In this document: positions 48,427-58,547 of the stretch, one piece after another | Layout of the letters: each line of letters opens with the position of its first letter | Position numbering within the stretch: the first letter of the stretch is position 1 | Source of the DNA: an uncultured Pirellulales bacterium | Lineage (GTDB): Bacteria > Planctomycetota > Phycisphaerae > Sedimentisphaerales > Anaerobacaceae | DNA: 64,000 nt | NCBI GenBank assembly: GCA_964508925.1 | Contig: CAZDVM010000008.1 | Location: forward strand, 97,774-161,773 | Reading direction: 5' to 3' | Program-made: the position numbers and the translations under genes | Notes under the pieces: generated by a model | Databases searched by the model: none | Told to the model about the DNA's origin: nothing | The model's input: only the letters and a program-made list of their open reading frames with translations

Positions 48427-49353
48427 CTATTCTACAATTTCAGCTTCTATTATTTCAGATTTGAAAACGTCATATTCACTGCCGAACTGACGCAGGAAAA
48501 ACACCGAATACGAGCGGATAAAAGAATGTACCGGCAGTAAAATCACTGCATTAATATAAGGCAGGGCAAGTAAAATACCGGCACAGCAGCATGTCAATAA
48601 TACAGCTAACATAATTAAAAATATTACCGCTAAAAATATTACTATTTGAAACAGCAAATATAAAAAGAATGACATTTTATTGTACTTCAACAGGCCGAGA
48701 AAATCTTTCCATGCATCAATGACTTTAATTTGTTTTACATACATAATCGGCACGACGAAATCCACCGTGAATTTAACCACAATCGCAAGGATGCTAAACA
48801 AAAGGGTCATCGAAATAAAAATCACAGAAAATAAAGCAAACCCCACAACACCCCCTGGAAGACCTTTGTCGAAAAAGTGGGCAAAAGCAGCTATACCGCC
48901 AACTAAGAAGAGAATAAAAACCAGTATCCCTCCGTAAAGCAAAAGGCGGAACAGAAATAAACTGTTTCCTCCGATCTTGTACTGCTTCCAGGGTTTTTTC
49001 ACTTCACCCTTATTTTCTGCCACACAGCCTAAAAACATGAACTCACCCCTGCTGGAGACCCATAAAAGCAACACGAACAATCCAAGCAGAATCGGTGCCC
49101 CGATAAGGATCAGGGGGAGCAAAAATGAGGGAGCATTGTGTATAGGCAGATTGGTATATTGAGAAGGTTGTCCCGAACCTGAAATATTGAAATTGAACCC
49201 GCCGCTTCCCAATGTCGCAAGCCACGCACAGAAAGCCATGGCCATCCATTTAGTGCCGTCAAAATCGGTGAACAGAATTTTTTTCGTCCAGTCGATCGCA
49301 TTGCCGACCGGTTCTATGACACTGATATTTTCCAGATGTTTATTCATTTTCAT
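48427..49353 (-). CDS. Polytopic membrane protein (DUF4013-like)
   Basis: 308 aa, ~6 TM helices. N-terminal ...IDWTKKILF... resembles DUF4013 proteins. Upstream of and co-oriented with the flotillin gene. Confidence 0.45.
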   Translation of the reverse strand: MKMNKHLENISVIEPVGNAIDWTKKILFTDFDGTKWMAMAFCAWLATLGSGGFNFNISGSGQPSQYTNLPIHNAPSFLLPLILIGAPILLGLFVLLLWVSSRGEFMFLGCVAENKGEVKKPWKQYKIGGNSLFLFRLLLYGGILVFILFLVGGIAAFAHFFDKGLPGGVVGFALFSVIFISMTLLFSILAIVVKFTVDFVVPIMYVKQIKVIDAWKDFLGLLKYNKMSFFLYLLFQIVIFLAVIFLIMLAVLLTCCCAGILLALPYINAVILLPVHSFIRSYSVFFLRQFGSEYDVFKSEIIEAEIVE

Positions 49354-49675
49354 CCTCTTTTGGTTCCTTTTCTTTCATCTGTTTATTCAGTTTTCCCTTT
49401 TCTTTCTGCATTTTTTTCATGTACCTGAGTTCCCTTCTTACCGGCCAGTCACTGAATGCTAGGTAGAACGGCAATATTACATTTACGATAGGAACAAGTA
49501 ACAATAATCCCCAAAACCAGCCGAACCCGGCTTTATGAAATAACATACACCAAATGACCACGGATATTATCATCGAGAGTATAAAAAACAGAATTCCCAG
49601 ACCTACAAGAAAGAATATCCAGGGACCCATTTGACATGAAGAAATTGCAGTTGCATCATAAACACACTGGTTCAT
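49340..49675 (-). CDS. Small membrane protein (111 aa)
   Basis: Two to three TM helices, basic C-terminal tail. Overlaps the downstream gene by 14 nt. Confidence 0.45.
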   Translation of the reverse strand: MNQCVYDATAISSCQMGPWIFFLVGLGILFFILSMIISVVIWCMLFHKAGFGWFWGLLLLVPIVNVILPFYLAFSDWPVRRELRYMKKMQKEKGKLNKQMKEKEPKEDENE

Positions 49676-49901
49676 AATTTTTACCTTTCAAAATTAATAA
49701 TCCCGATTTGCCAATATGATAATATAATATAAGGATATGAAAAGAATAAAATCAAAAAATGAAAATGGAAAATGAGCCGTCTATTTCTTCTTATTTCGGC
49801 GCATGATCATAAATACTATCAGCGCAGTGATAATAACTATGACCATTACTTCACCTTGTCCGAATAATACACCCAGCATTTTCCATTCTCACAATAAAAA
49901 A

Positions 49902-50909
49902 TTATATCGCAATATTCACGTCTTTTATTATACCATGAATTTCAGAAAGTTCATCCTCTGTAAATTCAAGGTTGTCAAGTACCGCCACGTTTTCCTCTAT
50001 CTGGCTTACCTTACTTGCACCAATCAGAACGGTCGTCATTCTCGGATCCTTAAGCAGCCAGGCTATCGCCATCTGTGCAAGGCTTTGTCCTCTTTTTTCT
50101 GCTATCTTGTTCAGCTTTTCAGCCACCTGCACAGCTTCTTCAGTCACCTGTTCTTTTTCCAGTCCCCTGCCCTTTTTAGTTGCCCTGGAACCTTCGGGAA
50201 TACCGTTTATATACTTGTCTGTCAAAAGTCCCTGGCACAAAGGGCAGAACGCGATACAGCCGACACCTTCATTTCCCAGCACATCCAGAAGCGCATATTC
50301 GGGCCACCTGTTGAGCATCGAATAGTTCGGCTGATGTATCAGACAAGGCGTACCGAGATCATTTAACACTTCGATCGCTTTTTGGGTCTGGTAAGCGTTG
50401 TAAGAGGATATACCGGCATAAAGTGCCTTGCCCTGCCTGACTGCAGTGTCAAGTGCACCCATGGTTTCCTCGATCGGCGTATCGGGGTCGGGGCGGTGAC
50501 TGTAGAATATATCAACGTAATCGACGCCCATTCTCTTAAGGCTCTGGTCGAGACTTGCTATCAGGTATTTTCTCGAACCCCATTCGCCGTAAGGTCCCGG
50601 CCACATATAGTGACCTGCCTTGGTACTGATTATAAGCTCATCCCTGTAAGCCGAGAGTTCGGAGTTCAATATCTTCCCGAAGTTCCTTTCCGCAGAACCG
50701 GCAGAAGGCCCGTAATTGTTCGCAAGATCGAAATGAGTTATCCCCAAATCGAAAGCCCTGAATATCATCTTTTTAATATTATTGAAATCATCAACATCGC
50801 CGAAGTTATGCCATAACCCGAGAGCAACTGCCGGTAATTTCAATCCGCTGTTTCCACAGCGGTTATATATCATCTTGTCATATCTTTGTTCTGAAGGTTT
50901 ATAAGTCAT
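49902..50909 (-). CDS. Aldo/keto reductase (YghZ/Tas-like)
   Basis: LPAVALGLWHNFG...GITHFDLANNYG...IISTKAG...: AKR superfamily throughout. 335 aa. Confidence 0.85.
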   Translation of the reverse strand: MTYKPSEQRYDKMIYNRCGNSGLKLPAVALGLWHNFGDVDDFNNIKKMIFRAFDLGITHFDLANNYGPSAGSAERNFGKILNSELSAYRDELIISTKAGHYMWPGPYGEWGSRKYLIASLDQSLKRMGVDYVDIFYSHRPDPDTPIEETMGALDTAVRQGKALYAGISSYNAYQTQKAIEVLNDLGTPCLIHQPNYSMLNRWPEYALLDVLGNEGVGCIAFCPLCQGLLTDKYINGIPEGSRATKKGRGLEKEQVTEEAVQVAEKLNKIAEKRGQSLAQMAIAWLLKDPRMTTVLIGASKVSQIEENVAVLDNLEFTEDELSEIHGIIKDVNIAI

Positions 50910-50924
50910 GTATTCCTTTCTATA

Positions 50925-52082
50925 TTATCCTCGTGAAAATCTTTTCGATAAACAAACAACGAACAGCCCCATCAGGGCAAAACCCGAAGTTGCTTCCAGC
51001 ATAGCAACGAATCTGCAGGAACCATCTGCTGCCGGGTAAATGTCACCGAAACCCAGCGTCGTAAATGTTATAGTACTGAAATAAAGCCCTTCTATAAATT
51101 CCGGCTGCTCAGGGTGCAGTTCGCCCATAAGCTTTCCGGGCTGGGAATAGTATAACGCACAAAGCAGTATGATTATTGCACTTGCAAATAAAACCCGTAC
51201 CGGCCTTTCACCGTAGCCGAAAAGCAGCTTACCGAAAAGATATTCCGGCAGAAGCCTTATTCCCTTTATCAATCTGACCATTTTTCTTTTGAAACTTAAC
51301 TTGCTGACTCCCGGCACTCCCCAGAGTTTTTTCCTCAAGCCGCTGCACATCTCGTGGTAAAAACATTCACCGGAAAGTTGATAATAACCGGCTTCCTGTG
51401 CGGACTGTTTTACAAACCGCCAGAAACTTTCGTCATCGCCGTACATCTTCCTGCCGAACCTGACACCTTCGTAAGCGGGTACCGCCCTGCTGGATGAATA
51501 AACGCCGTTGAAATCGGTATATCCTTTAAAATAAACGTCACTGAAGTTCACCCCTTTAACAAAGTGACTGTTAGTGAATCTTGTCGAAGCATCAAAGACC
51601 GCATTGCCGAAAAGTGAATAACCCTTGAAGGTCGCTGTTCTGAATTTTGCATCTTTTTTGACCTCTGCATTCTTAAATGTCACCACCCCGTCAAAGGTAC
51701 AGCCGTCAAACCCCGCAATACCGTGAAATACCGCTCCCCTGAACCTCGCCTGCCCGAGAAAATGAGAACTGTTGAAGATCACGTCCTGCTGAAATTCGAC
51801 TGAAATGCTGTCAGGTTTCGACCACGGGCCGCTGAATACCATATTCTCCTCGAAATCGCACTTATCGAAAACCACCGACTGAGGCAGTACCATGCTCACA
51901 GAATCCGGGTTCTGCCTGCAGTCCAGTTTAGAGGTGTCGAATTTTTCCTCCTCATGAAAAAGCCTGCCGATATCCAGAATGCCGGTGATGGTACACTGGC
52001 TCAATTGAATATCTTCCCCGTCGGCTATGGCCTGCAGGATGTCACTTGACGGCACGCTTTGTTTTTCCCGTTCAAACGCCAT
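50925..52082 (-). CDS. Pentapeptide-repeat protein fused to a two-TM potassium-channel pore domain
   Basis: N-term ~250 aa of F/N-rich pentapeptide-like repeats (..FKNAEV..FRTATF..FGNAVF..FTNSHF..). C-term TM1, pore helix STITFTTLGFGDIYP (TxGxGD selectivity-filter variant), TM2. Confidence 0.6.
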   Translation of the reverse strand: MAFEREKQSVPSSDILQAIADGEDIQLSQCTITGILDIGRLFHEEEKFDTSKLDCRQNPDSVSMVLPQSVVFDKCDFEENMVFSGPWSKPDSISVEFQQDVIFNSSHFLGQARFRGAVFHGIAGFDGCTFDGVVTFKNAEVKKDAKFRTATFKGYSLFGNAVFDASTRFTNSHFVKGVNFSDVYFKGYTDFNGVYSSSRAVPAYEGVRFGRKMYGDDESFWRFVKQSAQEAGYYQLSGECFYHEMCSGLRKKLWGVPGVSKLSFKRKMVRLIKGIRLLPEYLFGKLLFGYGERPVRVLFASAIIILLCALYYSQPGKLMGELHPEQPEFIEGLYFSTITFTTLGFGDIYPAADGSCRFVAMLEATSGFALMGLFVVCLSKRFSRG

Positions 52083-52088
52083 TCAGGA

Positions 52089-53063
52089 TCATCCTAAATC
52101 CTGCTGCATTAACATTTCGAGTATTTCCGACTTAGTGGGCATCGCTTCCATACTTCCGAATTTCGTGCAGGCAAGCGCACCTGCAGCAGAGGCGAATTTG
52201 ACACCTTCTCGTATATCGTCCTTCACTGCACAGTAAGCGGCCAGTGCCCCAGCAAATGCATCTCCCCTTGCGGTCTGGTCCACCAGCTCGATATTGAATG
52301 CCTCCACATGTTCTGCGATATCCCTGTCAACCACCATGCAGCCCCTTCTGCCCATGGTTATAACCGCCTTACCCACACCGCGTGCCACCAGATCCGAGGC
52401 GATAAGTTTAGCTGTCTCACCCCTTGAATTCATAAAGGCAGAATGCTCTGTAATATTAGTTGCCTCGTAAAGATTTGCCAGCATGATATCCGCATTGAAA
52501 TACTCATCCGGCAACGGAGCATATTCCAGTGGTACGTTCTCTGTGCTGATGGGCATAGCCGGGTTCAATATGATCTTTCTGCCGTGAACCTTTGCCGACT
52601 TAATGGCTGCGATTATAGTTTCCTTGGGCAGTCTGCCGTGTATAAGACAAAGATCGGCATCTGCTATTAGATCGTCTGCAGATTTTATATCATTGGGAGA
52701 CAGTGCACAGTTTGCACCGTGATATATCACCATGGCGTTTTCGCCTTCGGAATTGACCAAAGTAACTTTCATGCCGGTTTTATGGGGTTCTGATATTGTA
52801 ACGTTGTCTGTTTTGATCCCGTAAGATTTAAGGGCATCGAGAACTACCTCTGCAAAACAGTCGCCCCCCACCTTACTCAACAGATTCACCTCGCAGCCGC
52901 AGTTGGCGACCTCCACCGCCTGGTTTGGGCCCGGGCCGGTCGAGGTATAAGAAAGATCCGAGCCAACGATGTTATCCCCTGCTGTGGGAAATTGGTCACA
53001 TCGGACCGCCATGTCCACAAAGGTACTGCCTATGACTAACATTTTCGGTACGTTCGAAGGCAT
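52089..53063 (-). CDS. PfkB-family carbohydrate kinase (ribokinase-like)
   Basis: MLVIGSTFVDM...GPGPNQAVEVANCG...GDAFAGALA (PfkB signature). 324 aa. Confidence 0.8.
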   Translation of the reverse strand: MPSNVPKMLVIGSTFVDMAVRCDQFPTAGDNIVGSDLSYTSTGPGPNQAVEVANCGCEVNLLSKVGGDCFAEVVLDALKSYGIKTDNVTISEPHKTGMKVTLVNSEGENAMVIYHGANCALSPNDIKSADDLIADADLCLIHGRLPKETIIAAIKSAKVHGRKIILNPAMPISTENVPLEYAPLPDEYFNADIMLANLYEATNITEHSAFMNSRGETAKLIASDLVARGVGKAVITMGRRGCMVVDRDIAEHVEAFNIELVDQTARGDAFAGALAAYCAVKDDIREGVKFASAAGALACTKFGSMEAMPTKSEILEMLMQQDLG

Positions 53064-53175
53064 AATATTCTCCGTAAATTCCTTTTATTCGAATGACAAG
53101 TATAACTGCTGACAAGCGAATTGCAAAGGATTTTGAACGATACCGATTAATTGCAGGATTAATAATTTAAAACCC

Positions 53176-53541
53176 CTAGTCCAGGATCACGGTCTTCTCG
53201 GCGGGCCTTGGAATCTTTACTACCAGCACCCTCAGGTTTTCATCACTGGTATTGTACCAGCAGTGCGGTATCCTCGCCGGGCTGTCTACTAGGGTATCTG
53301 CCTTTACCTGTTGTTTTTCATCCCCTATTTCGACAGTACCTTTACCCTCCAGCACATAAAAGAATACATCGACCGGAGTTATGTGCCTTTTCAGGGATTC
53401 CCCCGGCTTAAGATCAATATGCATCACCTGCGCATGCTCGGAACTGTATAGCCTGGCTGCCTTTACATTATGAGGATTCTTAATCGTTTCTGCATTTTTG
53501 GCGTTCACTATCTTCATACCTGTTTCTCCTTGTTTTAACAT
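53176..53541 (-). CDS. Cupin domain protein
   Basis: HITPVDVFFYVLEGKGTVEIGDEKQQVKADTLVDSPARIPH: two-His cupin motifs. The likely start is the internal ATG (MKIVNAKN). Confidence 0.65.
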   Translation of the reverse strand: MLKQGETGMKIVNAKNAETIKNPHNVKAARLYSSEHAQVMHIDLKPGESLKRHITPVDVFFYVLEGKGTVEIGDEKQQVKADTLVDSPARIPHCWYNTSDENLRVLVVKIPRPAEKTVILD

Positions 53542-53719
53542 TCTGTTTTTATGTAGGACTATTTTAGTCTTATTATAAACTATTATATTGCCTCTTTAAA
53601 AAAATTCAAGCATTTTTATTTTCTATTGCTTAACAGTATGAAATTTTCTTGAAGGGAAAAGCGATTCAGGGTAATATCCATTTTTTTAATCGCTAACTCA
53701 GAAAAGAGGGTTTAAGCAA

Positions 53720-55249
53720 ATGCTGGCAAGGTTAAACAGTGTAACGCTGATGGGGATCGACGGGCTGATCTGCGAGGTGGAAGTTGATGTTTCCGGCGCC
53801 GGGCTGGAAAAATCCGTGGTGGTGGGCCTTCCCGATGCAGCAGTCAAGGAATCGGTGGAAAGGGTAAAAAGTGCGGTCATCAATTCCGGCTTCACCTATC
53901 CCCGCACTCAGTCGCTGGTTAATCTCGCCCCGGCAGATGTAAAAAAGGCAGGACCCGCATTTGATCTTCCCATCGCCCTTGGAATGCTCATTGGCTCAGG
54001 TCAGCTGACCTCCCAATCTGTAAAGGATTACATCATCGCAGGCGAACTTGCACTTGACGGCAGGGTCAGGCCGGTGAACGGCGTTTTGAGTATGGCAATG
54101 ACGGCGGCGGATAACGGATTCGATAAAATGATCGTCCCCATAGAAAACGCAAAAGAAGCGGCAGTGGTAAAAGATATCGATGTTTACCCGGTCGGATCGC
54201 TTACCCAGGCGGTAGGGTTTCTCTGCGGCGATGTGGCACTGGAAACCGAATATATCGACCTGGAAGATGTTTTCGAGGTAGCATCCAATTACAAGAGCGA
54301 CTTTGCAGACGTCAAGGGGCAGGAAAATGTTAAAAGAGCTCTCACTATAGCAGCAGCCGGTTCACATAATTTAATGATGATCGGCCCTCCGGGTGCAGGA
54401 AAGACAATGCTCGCAAAACGATTGGCGACTATTCTGCCTCCCTTGAGTTTAAAAGAGTCACTGGAAACAACGCGGATATATTCCTCGGTGGGACTGTTGG
54501 ATAAAAAAGAACCGCTCCTTGCCAAAAGACCCGTAAGAATGCCGCACCATTCGGCTTCTGCACCCGCTTTAGTCGGCGGCGGAACATATCCCAGACCCGG
54601 GGAACTGTCACTTGCTCATTACGGGGTGCTCTTTCTGGATGAATTCGCCGAATTTCCAAGGAACGTACTGGAGACCATCCGCCAGCCTTTAGAAGACGGC
54701 AACGTCACCATATCCAGGGCAAAAGGAACCATATCCTTTCCCGCTGAATTCATGATGGTGGCGGCAATGAACCCGTGTCCCTGCGGCTACTTCGGCTCCA
54801 AGATAAGAAACTGTAAATGCACCCCTAACCAGATCGAAAGATACCTCGGCAAGATCTCCGGCCCGCTCCTTGACAGAATAGACATCCACGTGGAAGTAAA
54901 CGCGACCCCGTTTAAAAAGCTGAGAACCAGATCAAAACAGATCACCTCCGAACAGATCAGGGAAAAAGTTACCGATTCAAGAGATATCCAGAAACAAAGA
55001 TTTTCAGAAAACGGCATTCTGACCAATTCGGCCATGGGGCACAAGGACATTGAAAAATTCTGCAAACTCGACAGGTCATCCGAACAGATGTTAAAACACG
55101 CCATGAGTGAACTCGGCCTGTCGGCAAGAGCACATGACAAGATTTGCAAGGTCGCAAGAACAATCGCAGATTTGGAAAATGAGGAAAATATCAAACCCGA
55201 ACACATAGCTGAAGCAATCAGCTATCGAAAACTCGACCGCAAGCTGTAA
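53720..55249 (+). CDS. comM: YifB/ComM family Mg-chelatase-like AAA+ ATPase
   Basis: MLARLNSVTLMGIDGLICEVEVD... (N-terminal Lon-like), GPPGAGKTMLAKRL Walker A, VLFLDEFAEF Walker B, C-terminal HTH region. Confidence 0.9.
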   Translation: MLARLNSVTLMGIDGLICEVEVDVSGAGLEKSVVVGLPDAAVKESVERVKSAVINSGFTYPRTQSLVNLAPADVKKAGPAFDLPIALGMLIGSGQLTSQSVKDYIIAGELALDGRVRPVNGVLSMAMTAADNGFDKMIVPIENAKEAAVVKDIDVYPVGSLTQAVGFLCGDVALETEYIDLEDVFEVASNYKSDFADVKGQENVKRALTIAAAGSHNLMMIGPPGAGKTMLAKRLATILPPLSLKESLETTRIYSSVGLLDKKEPLLAKRPVRMPHHSASAPALVGGGTYPRPGELSLAHYGVLFLDEFAEFPRNVLETIRQPLEDGNVTISRAKGTISFPAEFMMVAAMNPCPCGYFGSKIRNCKCTPNQIERYLGKISGPLLDRIDIHVEVNATPFKKLRTRSKQITSEQIREKVTDSRDIQKQRFSENGILTNSAMGHKDIEKFCKLDRSSEQMLKHAMSELGLSARAHDKICKVARTIADLENEENIKPEHIAEAISYRKLDRKL

Positions 55250-55329
55250 AATCCTTCCAGATATTATTATTTGCCTTTTTTAATGGATTTCTGTATAATA
55301 CCTTAATCTATTTTATCGGAGCAGGATGA

Positions 55330-57312
55330 ATGGGAAAGTTTTACAGATATAAATCACTATATATTCTCGTCTTACAATTTTTTGCGCTGTTATTTTTTCT
55401 TTCCTTCGCTTACGGCACACCAGTCAAAAGAAAATACCATCCGAGATTAAAAGACCCTGAATTCAGGGCACAGAAAGTCAGACAGCTCCGAAGAAAATAT
55501 AGGCAGAAAAGGCAAAGAGCCCACCGGATCGCAAAAGAAAAAGGCTGGCCGGTAAGAACTTACATCAACGGAAATCTTCATGTTCTGGTAGATATAGATG
55601 AAGGCGGGCCGAGATATATAAGCACCTGCAACAAGGAATCCGCTATCGTTATTAACGCAGACAAGGTCAGGCAAACCCCGCCATACAACATCGACGGAAC
55701 CGGAATTGCAGTAGGAGTTTGGGACGGCGGCGCTGCCAGGGACACCCATGTAGAACTGGATGGAAGAGTCCAGCTCATGGAGTCGATGAGCTATAATTCC
55801 CATGCAACCCACGTAACAGGTACAATCGCAGCCGAGGGTGATTATTTCAAAGCAAAAGGGATGGCGCCGAATGCAAACATATTATCCTATGATTTTATAG
55901 ACGACATTTTTGAAATGACTGCCGAAGCCATGAGCGACCCCTGTCAGACTGACACGATCCAGATTTCCAACCATTCTTATGGATTTTCGGTTGGATGGGT
56001 AGCTGATGCTAATTATTCAGATACACCCGGCTGGCATTGGCTGGGAAATATAGATGAAAATGAATCATATTATTTCGGACTTTACGACAGCAAATCTCAG
56101 GACATCGATGCCCTCTGTTATGATGCTCAGTATTACCTCCCATTTTTCGCGGCAGCAAATGAAAGAGGTGATACTACTCCTGCAGAAGGCGAAACCTTCT
56201 GGTACAGGGAATATCATATAATCCACGGATGGCGATGGGAAAGTAAATCATATGATTCATCAACGGATCCGCCGCCGGATGACTGGGATAACGGCGGTTT
56301 CGATACCATACCAAACGGAAGCACTGCAAAAAATCCTGTGGTTATCGGATCGATAAATCAGGCAGTAACCTCAGGACAGCGTGACCTTTCGACCGTATCT
56401 TCCTCATCTTTCAGCAGCTGGGGGCCTGTAGATGACGGCAGGGTAAAACCCGACCTTGTAACATGCGGAGAGAACGTTTACTCATGCATCGCTACCGGCG
56501 ACATCAATTACGGCTACAAATTGGGAACCAGCACAGCAACACCTTCTGCAACAGGGGCAGCCGCCCTTCTTATCGATTATTATGACAATCTTTATCCCGG
56601 CGAAGTAATGCCGGCAAGTACGATAAAAGGGCTTTTGATCCATACTGCAGACGATGTGGGAAATATCGGACCGGATTACAAGTTCGGCTTCGGAGTGATA
56701 AATACCTTAAAAGCCGTACAGCAAATAGAAAACAGCTACAGATATGCAAATTCCGATTTTATCATCGAAGGGCTTGAAGAAAATTCCGGTTCCTCGAATA
56801 TCTATACATTCAGATGGAACGACACTGACCCCATTAAAGTCACCATAGTCTGGACCGATCCGGAAGGACCCTCTTCTAACGACCTGGATGACACCACACC
56901 CGTTTTGATAAATGATCTTGACATTCAGCTTGAAGATCCGATGGGAAATATTTACCAGCCCTACGTGCTCGATGTTTACAATCCCGACCTGCCGGCAACT
57001 GAAGGTGATAATGACATTGACAATGTCGAACAGATATATGTTTACAATCCCATGATAAGCGGCGATTATACAGTAACAGTATCGCACGAAGGCTCTTTAA
57101 GCGACGGTTACCAGTACTATTCACTTTTCATCTCCGGACAGAAAACAATTAAAGGTGATTTCAATGATGATAAAACAGTTGATCTGAAGGACCTTAAAAT
57201 ATTTTCTGATAACTGGCTGGGTTCGGATATCCGTACCGATATCGCAGGCAATGACGAAAATACGAATCTGTCTGACTTCGAAATATTCTCACAGAATTTC
57301 CCGACACCTTAA
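55330..57312 (+). CDS. Subtilisin-family (S8) serine peptidase with C-terminal dockerin-like domain
   Basis: Signal/TM N-terminus. Asp region (GVWDGG), HATHVTG His motif, GTSTATP Ser motif. C-terminal GDFNDDKTVDLKDLKIF...DIAGNDENTNLSDFEIF resembles duplicated dockerin Ca-binding repeats. Confidence 0.75.
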   Translation: MGKFYRYKSLYILVLQFFALLFFLSFAYGTPVKRKYHPRLKDPEFRAQKVRQLRRKYRQKRQRAHRIAKEKGWPVRTYINGNLHVLVDIDEGGPRYISTCNKESAIVINADKVRQTPPYNIDGTGIAVGVWDGGAARDTHVELDGRVQLMESMSYNSHATHVTGTIAAEGDYFKAKGMAPNANILSYDFIDDIFEMTAEAMSDPCQTDTIQISNHSYGFSVGWVADANYSDTPGWHWLGNIDENESYYFGLYDSKSQDIDALCYDAQYYLPFFAAANERGDTTPAEGETFWYREYHIIHGWRWESKSYDSSTDPPPDDWDNGGFDTIPNGSTAKNPVVIGSINQAVTSGQRDLSTVSSSSFSSWGPVDDGRVKPDLVTCGENVYSCIATGDINYGYKLGTSTATPSATGAAALLIDYYDNLYPGEVMPASTIKGLLIHTADDVGNIGPDYKFGFGVINTLKAVQQIENSYRYANSDFIIEGLEENSGSSNIYTFRWNDTDPIKVTIVWTDPEGPSSNDLDDTTPVLINDLDIQLEDPMGNIYQPYVLDVYNPDLPATEGDNDIDNVEQIYVYNPMISGDYTVTVSHEGSLSDGYQYYSLFISGQKTIKGDFNDDKTVDLKDLKIFSDNWLGSDIRTDIAGNDENTNLSDFEIFSQNFPTP

Positions 57313-57418
57313 TAGCGAATCAACTTTTAAACTTATTTCAATTATAAGCTTGTCAATAACTCTTTTTTCCCTCACAATAGATAGCTGAAAATTGTCTTAT
57401 TTTTGAAAGGGGTTTAAC

Positions 57419-57721
57419 ATGGAGATCAAACTTGACTTTAAAACGTTGATAGTGGGAATTATCCTGGGAATGATATTGGCCTTCGCTCTGGCATTTAACG
57501 GCTCTGCTGACCAGGCAGACTTCGGTATTGCTATTCAGGAAAAGGGGTCGGCCCTTGTACAGACCACCGGAGGGGATTTCTGGATAGTCGATTCCGATAA
57601 CGGAATGGCTACACGTGTCCTGATCCAGCCTAGTTTAAGCGATGATCCCGATACAAGCAGATCATCAAGAGATACTGTTCCCCTGAACTTCAATCTCGGG
57701 AGAAGAGGCACAGAAGATTAA
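57419..57721 (+). CDS. Small membrane-anchored hypothetical protein (100 aa)
   Basis: N-terminal TM/signal. Followed immediately by a strong terminator, which supports expression. Confidence 0.5.
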   Translation: MEIKLDFKTLIVGIILGMILAFALAFNGSADQADFGIAIQEKGSALVQTTGGDFWIVDSDNGMATRVLIQPSLSDDPDTSRSSRDTVPLNFNLGRRGTED

Positions 57722-57754
57722 TTATTAAAAATATTTACGATTTCTAAATTTTAA

Positions 57755-57778
57755 GCCCCGCAGGTCGGGGCTTTTTTT
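57755..57778 (+). terminator. Rho-independent terminator
   Basis: GCCCCG-CAGGT-CGGGGC hairpin followed by TTTTTTT. Confidence 0.85.
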
Positions 57779-57987
57779 GCCTTAAACCTTCAGGATTATA
57801 GGACGTTTCTCTTTGCGGTCTGAAAATTAATTCTGATCTTCTTTAGAAAACACTCTAACATCCATCCTGCCTTACCATTAATGGGTAATTATTTCTTTTC
57901 TATTTTAACATTTTTAATTAATCAGGACTACAAGTTTTCCGATACAGACTGTGTATTTGGATTCATTAATTAATAGGAGATAATAAA

Positions 57988-58323
57988 ATGGGAATTCAGA
58001 ACTGGTCCGAAAATGTAGTTCTGGTTGATCTGGCTGAGGAGCCTCAATTGGGTGATGAAATAAACAGCACCATTTCAATGGTAAAAGAGCAGGGAAATTT
58101 TGATGTAGTGATGGATTTTTCAGGTGTGGATATCATCACCTCATCGAGCCTTTCCAAGCTCCTTAAGTTAAGAAAACTTCTGGACAGCTGCGACAGAAAA
58201 CTGATCTTCTGTAATATGGCACCTGCAACCAAAGGGATATTTACGGTTACAGGCCTGGAAGAACTGTTCGAAATGGTCGATGACAAATTCGTAGCATTGG
58301 CAAGCCTTCAGATGGTTTGCTGA
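57988..58323 (+). CDS. STAS-domain anti-sigma-factor antagonist-like protein
   Basis: 111 aa. ...DFSGVDIITSSSLSKLLKLRKLL... conserved phosphorylatable Ser region of SpoIIAA-like STAS proteins. Confidence 0.75.
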   Translation: MGIQNWSENVVLVDLAEEPQLGDEINSTISMVKEQGNFDVVMDFSGVDIITSSSLSKLLKLRKLLDSCDRKLIFCNMAPATKGIFTVTGLEELFEMVDDKFVALASLQMVC

Positions 58324-58547
58324 CGGAAACCGACTTCTAACATAATACTTTCTCCATAAAGGGCCGGCGGGTGAACATCGTCGGTCCTTTACGATTACTA
58401 ATTATCTGACGATCATGAATACATTCGCTTGTCAAAATATATATTTTAAAGTATTATTTATCAGTGAATTATTAACAGTAAGCCGATTACGAAATTTGTC
58501 ATGTAAACAGACTTCGTAATCTGCTTCCTTTTTCAGATGAGATTACA

